DNA of 64,000 nucleotides from Macrostomum lignano. Lineage: Eukaryota. Positions 61,597 through 64,000 of this stretch are shown one piece after another. Made by a program: the position numbers and the translations under genes. Location: positions 372,001-436,000 of the forward strand of contig NIVC01000984.1 in the NCBI GenBank assembly GCA_002269645.1, read 5' to 3'. A model generated the notes under the pieces. The model saw nothing but the letters and a program-made list of their open reading frames with translations. It had not been told where the DNA came from and ran no database searches. Each line of letters begins with the position of its first letter. Position 1 is the first letter of the stretch.

Positions 61597-62910
61597 CTCT
61601 GGGCTGCTGGGGCTGTTGATGAGACTGTAGGATGCTGAGGCTGTTGATAATACTGTAGGATGCTGAGGCTGTTGATGAGACTGTAGGATGCTAGAATTGT
61701 TGATGGGACTGTAGGATGCTGAGGCTGTTGATGAGGCTGTAGGATTCTGGGTTTGTTGCTGAGACTGGGATTTTAAGGGCTGTTGATATGATTTTTGGAT
61801 GCTGAGGCTGTTGATGAGACTGTAGGATGCTGGAGTTGTTGCTGAGACTGTAGGATGCTGGAATTGTTGAGACTGTAGGATGCTGGAATTGTTGATGAGA
61901 CTGTAGGATGCTGGATATGTTGATGAGACTGTAGGATGCTGGAGTTGTTGAGACTGTAGGATGCTGGAATTGTTGATGAGACTGTAGGATGCTGGAGTTG
62001 TTGATGGGACTGTAGGATGCTGGAGTTGTTGAGACTGTAGGATGCTGGAGTTGTTGAGACTGTAGGATGCTGGAGTTGTTGATGAGACTGTAGGATGCTG
62101 GAATTGTTGAGACTGTAGGATGCTGGAATTGTTGATGAGACTGTAGGATGCTGGAGTTGTTGATGGGACTGTAGGATGCTGGATATGTTGATGAGACTGT
62201 AGGATGCTGGAGTTGTTGATGGGACTGTAGGATGCTGGAGTTGTTGATGAGACTGTAGGATGCTGGAGTTGTTGATGAGACTGTAGGATGCTGGAGTTGT
62301 TGATGAGACTGTAGGATGCTGGAGTTGTTGATGAGACTGTAGGATGCTGGAGTTGTTGATGAGACTGTAGGATGCTGGAGTTGTTGATGAGACTGTAGGA
62401 TGCTGGAGTTGTTGATGAGACTGTAGGATGCTGGAGTTGTTGATGGGACTGTAGGATGCTGGAATTGTTGATGAGACTGTAGGATGCTGGAGTTGTTGAT
62501 GGGACTGTAGGATGCTGGAGTTGTTGATGAGACTGTAGGATGCTGGAGTTGTTGATGAGACTGTAGGATGCTGGAGTTGTTGATGAGACTGTAGGATGCT
62601 GGAGTTGTTGATGGGACTGTAGGATGCTGGAATTGTTGATGAGACTGTAGGATGCTGGAATTGTTGCTGAGACTGGGATTCTAAGGCTGTTGATATATTT
62701 TTGGATGCTGAGGCTGTTGATGGGACTGGACTGTAGGATGCTGGAATTGTTGATGAGGCTGTGGGATGCTGGGGCTGCTGATGAGGCTGTAGGATGCTGG
62801 CGCTGCTGATGAGGCTGTAGGATGCTGGGGCTGCTGATGAGGCTGTAGGATGCTGGGGCTGCTGATGAGGCTGTAGGATGCTGGGGCTGCTGATAAGGCT
62901 GTAGGATACT
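61597..62910 (+). repeat. 28/25-bp minisatellite downstream of PIG-M
   Basis: gttgttgatgagactgtaggatgctgga units, same family as the PIG-M intron 1 array. Confidence 0.96.
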
Positions 62911-62999
62911 GTAAAGTATGGTTGTGTTAGAAATTTTAAATTAACGAGTCGCCACCTAGATTATTATGGCTATGGGTATGATGGATATCAGGATCTAAA

Positions 63000-63508
63000 A
63001 TGCTCAAGCTTATTCGCTTCCGGTCAAGGCCACGCGCGGCTCGGGACGCTCAGGCGGTGCTGTCAGTTTGCATCGGCCGGCAGCCGCCGCCGCTCCAGCT
63101 TCCTCAGAGAGGCCCAGTCGGACGGCCGCTGCCGCCTCATCTTCAGCTCCCGGATTTCCTGGTCGCGGCGTTCGTTTGGCGCCTACGGTGGCGCCGCGAC
63201 AGGCGCCGGCGCCAACAGTCGGCGCTAGAACGACGACTCGGGCGTCGACAAACGCAACGACTTCTAGTGCTGGCGGCGCCGCGAAGTCGTCGAATCTGCG
63301 TCGATTGGCGCCCGGCGGCCCGTCGGCGGCGCCAGCCGCTTCGCTGTCTGTTCGACGCGCGCCTCCTGCGCGAACTTCGGGCGCTGGGCGCGGTGGCGCC
63401 GCTGCTGGCGGCGTTGCTGAGAAGCGCCGGCGCGAGGAGATGCGCGCGGCAAATGCGGCATTCTTAGACAGGCTGACTGCTAAACAGGGACAGCAGGAGG
63501 ATAATTAA
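63000..63508 (+). CDS. Putative intronless Ala/Pro/Arg-rich protein, possibly frameshifted at ~63067
   Basis: GC-rich island; aaaATG at 63000 preceded by tatcag. The second frame ends AEKRRREEMRAANAAFLDRLTAKQGQQEDN-stop with AATAAA at 63553. No recognisable domain. Confidence 0.45.
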
Positions 63509-64000
63509 TTAATAATGAGGAAATCCGGGACATTCCACATATTTCTAGCGCTAATAAAGCCAAATCTTAAAACTGCAGATTTTAGATTTCGTTCTGTTTT
63601 ATAGACGAGTTAAATCTCCACTTAAATAGGCGAGATATCTCCGTCCCAGCTATAATTTATTAGTTTATTTATTTGTTGCCTTAAAATTGAAACTAACTAT
63701 TGCATTGTTCATGTTTGTTTGTTTGTTAATAGGAAATAAAAGTGCCTATTTTTATTATATGTTTTTTGTCAAACACTGGCTTTCAGTTTGACGAGAGCCT
63801 CTAAAAATTTATTGTCTCGATTCGTAAAACCCATGAGTTGAGCAGTGTTATTTTTATGATTTTTAGGCACGGGACTTGTATGTAGGATATGCTGCCTACT
63901 ATCAAAATCAATTGCAAATTTTGTGCTGAAAAATTGAAAACCTCCATTCTCCTTAATGTCTTTTTTCGGTTAAACCTGCCTCGTAGGAATTTCCAAGAAA

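Overview
Eukaryotic (invertebrate) genomic DNA: GC-rich, intron-containing genes in an AT-rich, repeat-dense background. The overall style (many unrelated 13-49 bp minisatellites, GC-rich exons, AG acceptors just before start codons) suggests a free-living flatworm such as Macrostomum; this is inference, not a database result. Recognisable genes, with exon models built by hand from splice sites and reading phase: a 3-exon DEG/ENaC channel (+, 23639-26263), a 14-exon ASK1/MAP3K5-family kinase (-, 27658-41326), an intronless Myc/Max-network bHLH-ZIP (-, 42066-42842), intronless NFU1 (-, 43613-44383) and 3-exon PIG-M (+, 55749-61310). Two unassigned genes are plausible: a Q-rich 3-exon model (-, 10687-12316) and an Ala-rich gene (+, 63000-63508). 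Mobile DNA includes a 5'-truncated LINE, a 2.08 kb solo LTR with 4-bp TSD, a young internally deleted BEL/Pao element with 5-bp TSD inside PIG-M intron 1, Tc1-like and Crypton remnants, tRNA-derived SINEs and several TIR/foldback MITEs. Several otherwise intact reading frames carry single-base frameshifts, mostly in short G/C runs, which look like long-read consensus errors but could be real. The most unusual items are the DEG/ENaC pore (HG to RG, GAS to GIT), a possible cryptic Myc-like protein, a Crypton remnant bracketed by palindrome-containing direct repeats, an 880-bp fold-back inverted duplication, and a tightly packed co-oriented NFU1-bHLH-ASK cluster. No CRISPR array, rRNA or bona fide tRNA is supported.
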